IMG/VR virus record: IMGVR_UViG_3300009093_000038
Source: an uncultured virus (IMG/VR IMGVR_UViG_3300009093_000038)
Lineage: Duplodnaviria > Heunggongvirae > Uroviricota > Caudoviricetes
Strand: one strand, 5' to 3'
Length of the DNA stretch: 64,000 nucleotides
The position numbers were made by a program, and so were the translations under genes. Below are positions 9,737 to 20,051 of the stretch, piece after piece (the stretch's first letter is position 1; each line of letters begins with the position of its first letter). The notes beneath the pieces are model-generated. The model was not told where the DNA came from. It ran no database searches and saw nothing but the letters and a program-made list of their open reading frames with translations.

Positions 9737-10237
9737 TTATTCTGGATCGTCGTTGATTAACTTTCGTTTGGTCGCTTCCACGGACCGCAGCATGTCCAGC
9801 TTCATCCGCAGGTTCTCCTGCATGTTGGACAATCTGCTCACGTAGCTCTTTAGAACGGAATAGTTGCGAGCCACTTCCGAGAGGTCCTTATCCTGGAGCA
9901 CCGCCATCTCCAAAGCCTTCTCAGTCATCTTTTCGGCGAATTTGGTGCTCCAGTCTTGACGCAGTGCGGTGTACGTCTCCGCTTCCATGGCGGCGAGATC
10001 GCGTTTTGCGTCGCTGGCCGCGATGGCGGCGCGCTGGAGAGATTCGTTGATATATTCGATGACGACCGGCAGCTCGTTGGCGGCCTCCATCACGTCTTCA
10101 TACCTCTTTTTGAAGAAGTATTCGGGATTGAGGACGATGATGTCGTTTTCGATTTTCTCTAGCACCGGCAGCTCAGGACGTTCAGGACGAGCCGGGCGCT
10201 TGGGAGCATCGGACTGGGTTTTGGCGGCAGCAGGCAT
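9737..10237 (-). CDS. UvsY-like recombination mediator
   Basis: Helical protein with KMTEKALEMAVLQD motif; adjacent to SSB/recA. Confidence 0.55.
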   Translation of the reverse strand: MPAAAKTQSDAPKRPARPERPELPVLEKIENDIIVLNPEYFFKKRYEDVMEAANELPVVIEYINESLQRAAIAASDAKRDLAAMEAETYTALRQDWSTKFAEKMTEKALEMAVLQDKDLSEVARNYSVLKSYVSRLSNMQENLRMKLDMLRSVEATKRKLINDDPE

Positions 10238-10240
10238 AGG

Positions 10241-11506
10241 TTATTTTGTCGGCACCGGCGCGATAAGTTTTGGATTGCGACTTTCGGCCTGCTCGACCTT
10301 TTTAAGAACGTCATCGGGATTGATGTAATTCATGCAGGCGCAAATGCTCTGTGATGCGCCCGTGGGGCACTTATTTTCCGGGAACTTGGCCCACGCAAAG
10401 CAGGGACTGTGCGCGCAAACGCGCTGTTCCCAGATCGCCAGGTCCATGTAGTCCTTGTCGTAACCAATGCGGACAGCCGGATCGTGCGTGCCCCACATAG
10501 AGACGCACGGAACACGGAAGGCTTCAGCGATGTAGAGAGGAGCCGAGTCAAGACCCACGACGCAGTTCGCTTTAGAGATCAACTGCATCAAATTCCTGAC
10601 CTGAGTCTTCCCCAGGAGGTTGATTACGCGCCCGCCACGCACCAGGTTGGTGCCCATCTCTAAATTGTTTACAAATTCTCCTGCCGTCATGTCCATGCTC
10701 GGCATCCGCTCGCGCAGCGCGCCGACAATCAGGACCGGGCGCTTGCGCGAAAGAGCTTCGATGACGTGCAGCCACATGGCGTACGTCGCTGACCGCAAGG
10801 CGCTGTTCGCGAAGGGAGCCACGACGTAGTAGCCGGTTTTGCGAAGGTCAATACCCGGTCGCGTGTTGTTGAACACCCAGAAGAAGAAATCGTCCAACTG
10901 ACGCAATTCCTCTTTGGCGAGTTGGGCCACGGGACGTTTGAATTTCGGGTCCACCGAGGCCGGGTCAATACCCAAGCTGTGAAACAACGCGTCGTAAACG
11001 TTCAACTGATCGCGGTCCTCCGAGTACTCGGTGATGGTGTCAATGAACCAGTGGAAATTGAATTCGGCGAGATCGTTGTAGAGGATCGGTCCTACCAGCG
11101 GGCCTTCGTAGGCGATATATGGACAATGGTTGAGCACCGCACCGCGCTCCGCGTAGGCATAGCAGACATTTTTGATGTCGTTGCTTGTGACGTGGTTGAG
11201 GTAGGCCATGACGCCGGTGGTAAAGAGGAGATCGCCGATTCCACGGTCACGGTACCTTTCGATCAGGATTGATGAACCCGGCAGACGCACGCGTGAGGCT
11301 GATACCAGGGGACGGTACAGCGGTGAAGCTTGCAGGTCGGACATGGTTTCGATGTATTCCGAAAGCGGCTCCAGCGTGTCCGCATTGAGGATGTAACGCC
11401 GGTGCGGATTCAGCAGCCAGATTTCATCGTCAGATTTGCGGGCCATCACGGGTTTGTTTACGGAAACGATCACCCAACGGGCGTTATGTGGTATGCGTTC
11501 GCTCAT
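10241..11506 (-). CDS. Glycosyltransferase family 9 (heptosyltransferase-like)
   Basis: RGIGDLL, INLLGKTQVRNLMQLIS, VGLDSAPLYIAEAF motifs. Confidence 0.85.
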   Translation of the reverse strand: MSERIPHNARWVIVSVNKPVMARKSDDEIWLLNPHRRYILNADTLEPLSEYIETMSDLQASPLYRPLVSASRVRLPGSSILIERYRDRGIGDLLFTTGVMAYLNHVTSNDIKNVCYAYAERGAVLNHCPYIAYEGPLVGPILYNDLAEFNFHWFIDTITEYSEDRDQLNVYDALFHSLGIDPASVDPKFKRPVAQLAKEELRQLDDFFFWVFNNTRPGIDLRKTGYYVVAPFANSALRSATYAMWLHVIEALSRKRPVLIVGALRERMPSMDMTAGEFVNNLEMGTNLVRGGRVINLLGKTQVRNLMQLISKANCVVGLDSAPLYIAEAFRVPCVSMWGTHDPAVRIGYDKDYMDLAIWEQRVCAHSPCFAWAKFPENKCPTGASQSICACMNYINPDDVLKKVEQAESRNPKLIAPVPTK

Positions 11507-11524
11507 GTTTATTGGAGAACCGAT

Positions 11525-11794
11525 TTAACGGTGGACTTCTGATATACGGACGTAGCCTTGCGAGGAGCGTGGCCTGCGGTTGGTCATGGTGGCGCGCCGG
11601 TAGCGCACAACTTTCTGCTCACGGATGAGAGCGGACAGACAGGACAGGAGTTTGCCGCGCACCTGCCGCGATTTAGTTCGTTCCCGGACGCGTCGGCTCA
11701 AGTCCGAGATCATCCGCATTGTCTCAGTCAACTTTTCGCGGCGATTGCGGAGGTATTCCAGGATGTCTTCCGAGTAATCAACGTCACTTGCCAT
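11525..11794 (-). CDS. Hypothetical basic protein
   Basis: 89-aa ORF overlapping the upstream stop codon. Confidence 0.45.
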   Translation of the reverse strand: MASDVDYSEDILEYLRNRREKLTETMRMISDLSRRVRERTKSRQVRGKLLSCLSALIREQKVVRYRRATMTNRRPRSSQGYVRISEVHR

Positions 11795-13328
11795 TGATCG
11801 CGAGGTATTGGTGAATCGTGGTTGGGATGTCCGCGAGTTCTGCCGCGCTCCAGGACCGGACCTCCGGCCAAATCTGATAGCGCTTGTACATGTGCGCGTT
11901 CCTCATGCCGGGTTTGACGTTCGGAAGCACGTTGCGGAGCCAGCCTTCGAAATCGTACTCGGGGTCATCGAAGTGACCGCTTTGACGATGCTTTTCGATG
12001 GTCTCCTCCATCGTTCGGCGCGTACTGGTGAAGTGAAACACTGTGGCTCGGTTTTCGTAATAAACGGGACCAAGCGGAGTGCGGCAATCGCGGAAGGTGC
12101 AGCCCTGTCCGACGTAGGAAATAACGCGGTCGGTGGCACCTTGAACGGGATAACCAGGGAATCCAAGCACGGGAGTCATCGGTAGCGAGATCGCCAGCGG
12201 GTTCGTGGAATCCACGAGTTCTTTGATGATCGCCAGTGTTCCAGTCGGCCACAGCTCATCACTGTCCACCACGCAGATTTTGTGAAATCCGCTTTGTCTC
12301 ACCCAGGAGAGCGCGTCATTGCGCACGCGAGTTTCCACAGCGATGCGGTTATCACCAGGGAAACGGAAATCGGAAACGCAGAAGATTTTGGTGGCGGCCT
12401 TGGCACCTTTTTCTTGAAGGCGCGCCGCTGCGGCTACAACCTGGTCGATGTCGGTCTGCGGGGTTGGCTTGCCAGACCAGTATTCGTCAGGGATGCAGAA
12501 GAAAAAGTTTCTGACGCCCTCGTCAAACAGCCGACCGCAGACCTCATTCAGGCAAAGGTCATCGCGGGTGGCCTGGAGATAGGCGGCGTAATCCCCGTAA
12601 GGTTGTCCAGGTTCTCCAAGCTCGCCCTGGTGCCCGGCAGGACAGCCGCAGGGTCCGGCTTTGGGGCCGTCATCCACGGGAAAACCTTTGTGGCTGCGGT
12701 AATTGAACAGCATCTCACCGCGCTGCCAGCGAGCGGTGCTGGCGTGGTTGGTGTCGAAATCATCACGCGGTCGCTTGTTGCAGTCCGGGTGCATGTGCTC
12801 CATTAAAATGTGCTTGGCGTCGATGACGCGGCCCTCGCGGTAGGCGACTTCCGTGAACTCGGTGTCGCAGAACATGGATTCGTACTGCGGGTAGAAAAGG
12901 TAGCCGAAGCGATCGTACCGTTTGCGGGTGAGGATCGAGAGCACGCAGATGTTGTGGACGTAGCCGTCCTCCGTATGCGCGACCCAGTCCTCGTCTGTCC
13001 AGCCAGGTTTTAATGTAAACAATTTCTCGTCCCAGTCCTGGCAGGGGTTGAAGTCGTCGGCGACGGCGATGATCACTTTGCCGGTGGTCTTGGACGCGGC
13101 CAGATTCCATCCGCGAACGGAATTGAACGGAGCCTCATTTTGCACCACTACCGTTGCGTTTGGAACGGATTCCGCCGCTTTCAGGCACTCCGCGTTTCCG
13201 CCGTCCACCGCAATGACAATTTCGATTGGGTATTTTCCAGAGGAAGTCTTTCGCCACATTTCGGCGACGGACGGGATCAGTTGGGCACGAACGCTCGTGT
13301 AGGCCAGTGAAAAAATAGGTTCGCTCAT
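11784..13328 (-). CDS. Two-domain glycosyltransferase family 2-like protein
   Basis: IVIAVDG, AVADDF, SMFCDTEFT; second VVDSDELW motif. Confidence 0.75.
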   Translation of the reverse strand: MSEPIFSLAYTSVRAQLIPSVAEMWRKTSSGKYPIEIVIAVDGGNAECLKAAESVPNATVVVQNEAPFNSVRGWNLAASKTTGKVIIAVADDFNPCQDWDEKLFTLKPGWTDEDWVAHTEDGYVHNICVLSILTRKRYDRFGYLFYPQYESMFCDTEFTEVAYREGRVIDAKHILMEHMHPDCNKRPRDDFDTNHASTARWQRGEMLFNYRSHKGFPVDDGPKAGPCGCPAGHQGELGEPGQPYGDYAAYLQATRDDLCLNEVCGRLFDEGVRNFFFCIPDEYWSGKPTPQTDIDQVVAAAARLQEKGAKAATKIFCVSDFRFPGDNRIAVETRVRNDALSWVRQSGFHKICVVDSDELWPTGTLAIIKELVDSTNPLAISLPMTPVLGFPGYPVQGATDRVISYVGQGCTFRDCRTPLGPVYYENRATVFHFTSTRRTMEETIEKHRQSGHFDDPEYDFEGWLRNVLPNVKPGMRNAHMYKRYQIWPEVRSWSAAELADIPTTIHQYLAINGK

Positions 13329-13353
13329 ATTTCAGTTCTACAGAACAGAATCT

Positions 13354-13599
13354 ATGGATGACCTTAGTAAGAGACTGATTGAATGCCGCCTGGCAGCGCA
13401 GCAGGCAAATGCCGTTGCCGTCAAGGCCGCTCCTCTGATCGCTGCTGTGGCTGTTCTCCAGGAGTCGGTGAACGCCAACAAGCTGCTTTGCGAGAAGGTC
13501 ACGTCATTGATTGAAGGGATCGAGAATGAACGAAAAAACAGAAGTGCTGACCCTGATGGTCAGAAAGTTCCAGGAGAAACACAACCGAAGTCCGCTTAG
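13354..13599 (+). CDS. Hypothetical protein
   Basis: 81-aa helical ORF, divergent, preceded by GTTCT motif. Confidence 0.5.
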   Translation: MDDLSKRLIECRLAAQQANAVAVKAAPLIAAVAVLQESVNANKLLCEKVTSLIEGIENERKNRSADPDGQKVPGETQPKSA

Positions 13600-13807
13600 G
13601 ATCGTGATTGCGCCGGTTGCGCTGGTCGCGCTCGGGATGAAGAAAAGTGTGGCTCCGACCTGGAATGGGATTCCCGTCGAGTGCCGATTATTCAAGGACG
13701 CGGAAGTGGCGTCCCGGTACGATCGAGCCAAGGTGAGCAGCCTGGGGATATTCGTGAAGGAAAATCGAGGTCGTATGCGCCTCGTGGCGTGTGACCTGAA
13801 AGGTTAG
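13526..13807 (+). CDS. Hypothetical protein
   Basis: ORF from ATG 13526 converging on the PAPS-reductase genes. Confidence 0.5.
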   Translation: MNEKTEVLTLMVRKFQEKHNRSPLRIVIAPVALVALGMKKSVAPTWNGIPVECRLFKDAEVASRYDRAKVSSLGIFVKENRGRMRLVACDLKG

Positions 13808-14904
13808 GCGGCCAGGGCTTCGGGATAGCAGATCGAGTCGATCCAATCTTTCCAGTTATTGTGGCCGAGCACCAGGAAGTCGTTGTGGGTGAGCGGCTGC
13901 GTCGGCGTTGCGGCAATCAGCCGATCCACTTCTTCAGACGATAGCAGGTTATTCTCACGGATGTATTCAGTCATGCTGCCAGGCCGGGCGATGGCACCTC
14001 GCATTCCTTTGACACGTTTGCGCCAGATGCCTTCAGTGAGCGGTTTACCGTTCCATTCCCAGTTCTGCCACGCACTTTCGGTCGAGATCGCCATTTCCTT
14101 CAAGCTGTCCATTACGGCTTTGCGCGTACGCTTGTGGACTTTATTGTCAGCCGGAACACTGGCGGGGTCGATCAGCCAGGCTTTCAAGGTGCTGAAGCGG
14201 TTGGAGGCGTAATCCAGGTGGCGTTGGTGGGCGCGGGCTTCCAGGATCACGATCAGCTTGAGTTTGTCTTCCGGCAGCTCGTTGACTTCCCAGGGCTTCA
14301 TCGCGGTGCAGAAGAAGCAGGAGGATTTGCTCGGCACCGGCAGACCGGCCAGGGTGATTTCCAGCTCGCAGCGGGCGCGGTTCCATTTCCACTCCTGGAG
14401 TGGGAACCAGATGTCGTACTTGTCCAGTTCCTCGTCCTGGACGGCGAATGTGTTGCAGCGGGTGGCGCGGCGCAGCTCATGGGGAGAGAATTCGAAGCCG
14501 ATGGCCTTGCGGACCTTGCCACCAGCGGCCCAGGTTTCCACGGCAGGCTGCCACGCGTCGATGTATTCGTTCATCGGCGAGATTTTCCATTTCGCAGAGC
14601 AGGTGTGGCCGCCATAGGCGATGGCCGCGAGCGACGTGTTGGTCAGGATGTTTTCGGTGATCGTGGTGTACTGCGGCCAGTGCTTGAAGTCGCGTGGTTG
14701 GTAGCGAACGATGGTGAGTTGCAGGCCCCAGACACGCATGAGCCATTCCTGGAGCACGGGGATGTAATCGTAGGTGGCTTGACGCTCGGCTCCCACGTCG
14801 GCGAACAGGATCAGGTCCGGGCGGATGCCGCGTTGGTGCATTCCCACGAGCATGGCGACTGAATCGACGCCGACTCCACAGCAGATGACGAGAGGTTGTT
14901 TCAT
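13804..14904 (-). CDS. PAPS-reductase/adenine nucleotide alpha-hydrolase family protein
   Basis: CGVGVDS PP-loop, ILFADVGAE, CSAKWK, FPLQEW, KSSCFFC. Confidence 0.8.
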   Translation of the reverse strand: MKQPLVICCGVGVDSVAMLVGMHQRGIRPDLILFADVGAERQATYDYIPVLQEWLMRVWGLQLTIVRYQPRDFKHWPQYTTITENILTNTSLAAIAYGGHTCSAKWKISPMNEYIDAWQPAVETWAAGGKVRKAIGFEFSPHELRRATRCNTFAVQDEELDKYDIWFPLQEWKWNRARCELEITLAGLPVPSKSSCFFCTAMKPWEVNELPEDKLKLIVILEARAHQRHLDYASNRFSTLKAWLIDPASVPADNKVHKRTRKAVMDSLKEMAISTESAWQNWEWNGKPLTEGIWRKRVKGMRGAIARPGSMTEYIRENNLLSSEEVDRLIAATPTQPLTHNDFLVLGHNNWKDWIDSICYPEALAA

Positions 14905-15698
14905 GCCATTTTCCAATCAGAAGCAGTTTTGACACGTTCGCCGCGATCCAGACGTTCCTTGATGCTGGCTATTTTGAAGCCGTGACGAAAGTCGTGGCCA
15001 GTGGTGGTTTCGACACGGACGTACTCGGTCAGGAGTTCCGGGTTGTGTTCGCCTGCTACCATCAGCGCGTCTTCCGGGGCGAAGATGCAGAAGCAGCAGG
15101 ACAGGCGGGGCATACCGAGATCGTAAGCGTAGTGATATTTCACGCCGCTTTTCTTGATGCAGTCCCAGACGTGAGTCAGGGTCCAGGCGTGAATCGGAAG
15201 CCAGTCGAAAACCTGGCGTTTGCCGTTGGTGAGGCGCTTGTTGACCTGGAAGGGCTGCTTCTTGGCGCGGGCCGGAGATTCCTCGGCGCGCAGACCCATG
15301 CAGTTCAGGACGCGCACCGGGCGGTCGAGGCTGACGTGATTTTCGATGAAATCGTTCACCAGGCTGGTCACCAGCTTGGCGACCTGGTCGCGCTTCTGGT
15401 CGCTCGTGCAGTAGCGGTTATTGTTGTCGGGCCACATGCCGCGTTCTTCAACTTGCTGAAGAAGATCACCGAGCACTCGGCTCACGATGTGCAGGTGCAG
15501 GCCGTAGTGCGCGCAGTGTTCCTTCGCGAGTTCGGCGGTGCCCTTCCATTCGACGCGACCGAGATCGCAGTGAACCGCGATCACTCGGTCCAGGACGCCC
15601 GCCGTTTTGGCGAGGCCGACCACGTATTCCATCATCGCCTGGCTGTCCTTGCCAGCGCTGGTGTTGATCAGAATCACGTCGTAGCTTTTCAGGTCCAT
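14901..15698 (-). CDS. Phosphoadenosine phosphosulfate reductase family protein
   Basis: SAGKDS, RYCTSDQK, GLRAEESPAR, LPIHAW, RLSCCFC. Confidence 0.9.
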   Translation of the reverse strand: MDLKSYDVILINTSAGKDSQAMMEYVVGLAKTAGVLDRVIAVHCDLGRVEWKGTAELAKEHCAHYGLHLHIVSRVLGDLLQQVEERGMWPDNNNRYCTSDQKRDQVAKLVTSLVNDFIENHVSLDRPVRVLNCMGLRAEESPARAKKQPFQVNKRLTNGKRQVFDWLPIHAWTLTHVWDCIKKSGVKYHYAYDLGMPRLSCCFCIFAPEDALMVAGEHNPELLTEYVRVETTTGHDFRHGFKIASIKERLDRGERVKTASDWKMA

Positions 15699-15704
15699 AA
15701 AATC

Positions 15705-16211
15705 TTATTCCGGGATTTCGACGACATCGACGAAAATCTGGTAGTCCTTGCAGCTCGGAACATTCTTGCGCGTCTGGTGCCAGGAGCAGACGACGACTTT
15801 ATCGAACTCAGGCTGCGGGCCAGAAGCCAGGCGGGTGATTTCTTTTTCGAGGCGAGTGATGTCTTGGTCTGCATGGTCTGCCCATTTAAGAACTTCGCCG
15901 TTGGCGATGTAATCGCGGTGCCATTGTTGGGACTGGAAGGAAGCGACGCGGCCTTGGCTGTCGGTGCGGATGAATTTTTCGCGGGCACCGGGAGCGTCGT
16001 TGACCACGGCGCGGTATTCAGCGGCTTTCTTGGTTTGATAGACCAGAGATTCTTTGGCGCGCATGAGGGCGTGAGCCTGATTGCCTTTGGTCAGGAGGGC
16101 GAAGCGGTAAAGGCGGGCGCTGGTGCGCTTGCCGATTTCGACGCCGTCGAGCAGGATGCGGACTTCGATTTTGCCGCTTTTGACTTTCTTTTCGATCTGG
16201 TAGTTGTTCAT
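15705..16211 (-). CDS. Hypothetical early protein
   Basis: ATG 16211 lies just below a sigma70-like promoter. Confidence 0.6.
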   Translation of the reverse strand: MNNYQIEKKVKSGKIEVRILLDGVEIGKRTSARLYRFALLTKGNQAHALMRAKESLVYQTKKAAEYRAVVNDAPGAREKFIRTDSQGRVASFQSQQWHRDYIANGEVLKWADHADQDITRLEKEITRLASGPQPEFDKVVVCSWHQTRKNVPSCKDYQIFVDVVEIPE

Positions 16212-16220
16212 CACGCGTAA

Positions 16221-16249
16221 AATGTAAACATTTTCGCGTAAGTTGTCAA
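16221..16249 (-). promoter_or_regulatory. Sigma70-type promoter
   Basis: TTGACA-N17-TACATT on the minus strand. Confidence 0.7.
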
Positions 16250-16268
16250 TAGTCAAAGTGCAAATAGT

Positions 16269-17033
16269 TTAATCAATCTGCACAGGCGGAAAAAGCTGCA
16301 TATTTTGGAGCTTTTCACGCAATTTGTCGATCCTGGTCTGGGCGTTATTGCGCTTCTGCTGGTCCAAAATGAGGGGCTGGAGCGGCCCTGGGATGGCTCC
16401 GCTGTACTTGGCCAGAAACTCGCCGTAGGTGTAACGCGCCTGCTCCAGGGCGTATTCCTTGACCCAGATCGAACCGGTCAGGTCCAGGTCTTCGGTCCGG
16501 TTCCAGGGGCCGTACATGAACACCCCGGCCTGGTAGCGCTCGATGGGGTTGTGGATGAAAAGAATCTTCCGGGCGTCGTCGTAATACCAGTCCGGTTTGA
16601 TCGAGGTTACCCGCGACCAGACCTTGCGCCAGCGGAGGAAAGTGTCGTATTCGTCCAAGCCGGTGCGGAATAGCGGGGCAGGGTTGATCAGGTTGCCGTA
16701 AAAGATTTCGGTGGGCACCGGGTTGGGTTCCACGAAGTCGATCTGGACAATGCCCATGTAAACGTTTGCATTTTCCAGGTACTGGTAGATGCCTTTGACG
16801 AGCTGGACATTACCGACTCGGATCGTGGGCCGCCACATGGAGAAAAGGCCGAGCGCGTCCTGGATGGAGTCGAGAATCTGCTGCTTGGTTTCTTCGACGT
16901 TCCAAAGGGGAGAGCCAAGCTGACGGTAGATGTAGTCAGCGAGCTGGTCGCAGGTGTAGCCCTGGAGCGGCAGCGTATTCGGAGAATTCGCTGATGTTCT
17001 TACCGGTTCACTGGCATTGCTGGTGATAGCCAT
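16269..17033 (-). CDS. Neck/head-completion protein (T4 gp13-like)
   Basis: LADYIYRQLGSP...VE...QILDSIQDAL N-terminus; WVKEYAL...GEFLAKYSG motif. Confidence 0.75.
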   Translation of the reverse strand: MAITSNASEPVRTSANSPNTLPLQGYTCDQLADYIYRQLGSPLWNVEETKQQILDSIQDALGLFSMWRPTIRVGNVQLVKGIYQYLENANVYMGIVQIDFVEPNPVPTEIFYGNLINPAPLFRTGLDEYDTFLRWRKVWSRVTSIKPDWYYDDARKILFIHNPIERYQAGVFMYGPWNRTEDLDLTGSIWVKEYALEQARYTYGEFLAKYSGAIPGPLQPLILDQQKRNNAQTRIDKLREKLQNMQLFPPVQID

Positions 17034-17047
17034 GCCTTAACTACCCG

Positions 17048-18178
17048 CTATTCGGGCGGATAAGCGGCCATGAGCGCTTTTTCCATCTGGGGATACTTGC
17101 GGCGCACGTGGCGTTCGAGATCGGAGCGGAAAGGAAAAGACCTTCCATCGGCGGCACAGACAAAGTGTTTCCCTGGTTCACCTTCAGCCGGAGTCTCGGC
17201 CACGGTGCTTTCGGACGGAGATTCATCCATGCTCTGGATGACGCCAGAACCTGCTTCGCTGCCAGTTTCTTCTGGGGCCGCTTCAGCCGGGACTTCCACC
17301 TGGGCCTCGGTGATGACCTCGGCGTGTTCTTCCACCGGGGCTTCCGGCTCAGGAGCCGGAGTTGATTTCTTTTTCACGACGGCGGCCACTTTGCGCTTGG
17401 GCGTGACCTTTTTGGGCGCGGTGACGCCGGGCACGATGCCGGTTGGTTCAGCAGGTGCGCGCAAAGCAACCGGCGCGGTGGCCGGAAGCGGACTGACTCG
17501 GCTTGGATCAAAATTCTCGCTGGCACCCGTGGATGCGGCACCGGTGATGGTTTTTTGCAGAGCGATGCGGCGTGATTTCTCAGTCGGGGAAAGGTCTTCG
17601 TCCGCTTCAGTCAGCTCGGGACGGAGCGGGGCAGCGGTGTTGACGCGGGGTCGGCTTTCCGTGGAATACCTGATCTCAGGAAGCTTATCCGCACGTTCGG
17701 GCGCGCCGGAGGTTTCGTCAGCGCCGTATTCTTCCGGGATGAGTTTGGGTTTTCCGATCAAACCCATTTGACGCGCTTTTTCCACCGTCATGCCGATGAT
17801 GGGTGTTTTGTTGGCGTTTCCGTCCGTGGGAACTTCGATGGGCTGCTTCTTGTAGTGCGGCACCACCTGGCCATCGTCTCGGCGAACGAAACCAGAAGCC
17901 TGGGTGACTGCGTGCGCCGGGCGCGTGGAGCGGACGATCCGGGGAGCAAAAACAATCGGCACCGCCGTTTTGCTCACGGCCTTGCTCAGGCCCTTCGGAT
18001 TGACATAATCCTCGAAGATCGGGTCGTTGATTTTCTCGCCGTTGCGGTTGCGGATATAGATTCCTGGTTTCAGCTCCACCTTGAGATTGATTTCAGAAAT
18101 CTCAATCAGGATCGGGTATTTTTGCGGGTTAAAATACCCAACGACATTTGTCACGCTCTGGCTTTTCGTATCGCTCAT
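17048..18178 (-). CDS. Hypothetical protein with degenerate C-terminal zinc-finger-like motif
   Basis: FVCAADGRSFPFRSDLERHVRRKY. Confidence 0.6.
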   Translation of the reverse strand: MSDTKSQSVTNVVGYFNPQKYPILIEISEINLKVELKPGIYIRNRNGEKINDPIFEDYVNPKGLSKAVSKTAVPIVFAPRIVRSTRPAHAVTQASGFVRRDDGQVVPHYKKQPIEVPTDGNANKTPIIGMTVEKARQMGLIGKPKLIPEEYGADETSGAPERADKLPEIRYSTESRPRVNTAAPLRPELTEADEDLSPTEKSRRIALQKTITGAASTGASENFDPSRVSPLPATAPVALRAPAEPTGIVPGVTAPKKVTPKRKVAAVVKKKSTPAPEPEAPVEEHAEVITEAQVEVPAEAAPEETGSEAGSGVIQSMDESPSESTVAETPAEGEPGKHFVCAADGRSFPFRSDLERHVRRKYPQMEKALMAAYPPE

Positions 18179-18219
18179 GGTCAAAAGAACGGATTACCAA
18201 CGTTTTATTGATTGAAAGA

Positions 18220-18492
18220 TTATGTAAACAAATTTACGAACACGGGGCCGTTTTCGCCGACCCCGCAGCCCAGGGTGTTGAACTCAAAAAATTCCACGGC
18301 TTCTTCGTGGTCCATGCCGTCGCGGTCCATCAGCTTTTTAATGCACGCGTCGTAGTCGTAGCACGCAACCGTGGGCCGACCGAATTGATAAGCCACTCCG
18401 ACCAAGCAGTCTTCGTAGCCATCAAAAACGATTGCAGTTTCATTTTCGGACCGGAGTTTTTCCAGCGCTTCGTCAGGTGTCATTTTCGGCAT
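18220..18492 (-). CDS. Conserved phage-type hypothetical protein
   Basis: DGYEDCLVG...YDYDACI...DGMDHEEAVEFFEFN pattern. Confidence 0.7.
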   Translation of the reverse strand: MPKMTPDEALEKLRSENETAIVFDGYEDCLVGVAYQFGRPTVACYDYDACIKKLMDRDGMDHEEAVEFFEFNTLGCGVGENGPVFVNLFT

Positions 18493-18992
18493 ACGGAGAA
18501 TAGAACGAAGTCACTGGCGTTTTTCCGGGCGGGATTATGAAAATAATGTAAACAATTTTGTATGGGTTAATACGCGTGGGGAAAGTGCCTGATTGATTTT
18601 TAACCCTCCGGTGTATCCCCCGCTACCAAACTGTGGGCGATCAGGTATCGTCCAGCCTTAACCATGAGAAAGAAATCATTTGAGAATTTTAATACGAAAA
18701 GTAAACACAAAATTGTTCATGAACTCAGGGGACTGGGTTGAGGGGACGGAAAAAGCGCACGTTTTTAGGGCCGGAGTGGACGCGCTTGATTTTGTAATTC
18801 AAAACCGATTGGTCGGAACGGAAGTGTTTTATGATTTTGGAAACGCACGCTACGATTTTGGCTTGCCGGTGCATTTGTGAATAACGTGTGAATTGGGTTC
18901 CACGTGGAACATTCCGTTCTGTGAGTATGTAAATCGTGCCGAGCATGGTGCCCGGCACGCTAAAAGTCCGCGAACGCGGCAAGAAAGGTTAC

Positions 18993-19844
18993 ATGCTCAA
19001 CAACGGGTTCGAGCTTGTCGTCGAAGTTGACGGCAGGCGCATTCCAGAATACGGCCACAAAGGTCGTACCTACATTGAAGGTCGCAAGTTCCACCGGTAT
19101 CAACTGAAATTCCGAAACAATCGCGCCGAGCGCGTGCTCGTCGTTCCAACTGTGGACGGATTGTCAGTGGTGGACGGAAATCCATATCACTTCGACTCCT
19201 CCGGCTACGTCGTGCAGGCTTACAGCAGTGTCACGATCAGCGGCTGGCGCACGTCACTGACGGAAGTGAGGGGATTCGAGTTCAGCGATAAAAGTGGCAG
19301 CTATTCAGGGAAGACCGTGGGCCAGCAAAACTGCGGTGTGATCGGCGCGCTGGTTTATGCCGAGCTGAAGCCGCAGCCGACTGAAATCCACTATCATCAC
19401 TGGATCGCCGCACCCATCCAGGTGGTTCCTCCGTCAACTCCAAGCTATCCGACGATCACGTGGCAATCCACGCCTACCTGGACGACGAAGATAGATAACA
19501 GCTCAGGTGTTGCAGGCACGGTCGGCCCTTCGGGTCCCATCGGAACATCGTTTCAGAATCAGTTGTCCGCGAAGCTGATGGCGTCAGAACCGAGCGAAAG
19601 CATCATGTACTGCGCTTCGGCCAGTAACTCGGCTCCTGACTTCAACCTGGGGACGGCATTTGGTGCGCCGATTCCAGATCGGGTGAATGAGGTTGATTTC
19701 AAACGGGGTCTCTGCTTGGCAACGTTTGAAATTCATTATTCCGACCGGGACGGACTGATGAAGGATGGTATCCAGGTGGACAAGGCTCCCGAGCTTGCAA
19801 CGTTTCCGCAAGCTTTCGGCGGATTCTGCAAACCGCCTGCTTAA
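18993..19844 (+). CDS. Hypothetical protein
   Basis: Long ORF, AAGAAAGG RBS-like sequence before ATG 18993; VDGLSVVDG...GVIG pattern. Confidence 0.7.
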   Translation: MLNNGFELVVEVDGRRIPEYGHKGRTYIEGRKFHRYQLKFRNNRAERVLVVPTVDGLSVVDGNPYHFDSSGYVVQAYSSVTISGWRTSLTEVRGFEFSDKSGSYSGKTVGQQNCGVIGALVYAELKPQPTEIHYHHWIAAPIQVVPPSTPSYPTITWQSTPTWTTKIDNSSGVAGTVGPSGPIGTSFQNQLSAKLMASEPSESIMYCASASNSAPDFNLGTAFGAPIPDRVNEVDFKRGLCLATFEIHYSDRDGLMKDGIQVDKAPELATFPQAFGGFCKPPA

Positions 19845-20051
19845 ACAGCCATTGCGACCGTGGCTTCCGCGTCTTCGGGCGCGGGAGTCTCGGACACGTC
19901 TTCCTGGTAGTTCACCGGCGCGGGGTCTTCGGACACATTGGGCCAGCAAAGTTCACAGGTACACTGCCTTGGTTCGTGCTGTGCGTTCATGACCTGAATG
20001 TCGCACAGAAAAATAAAAAGTAAACTATTTTTGAAATAAATTGTTTACTAT

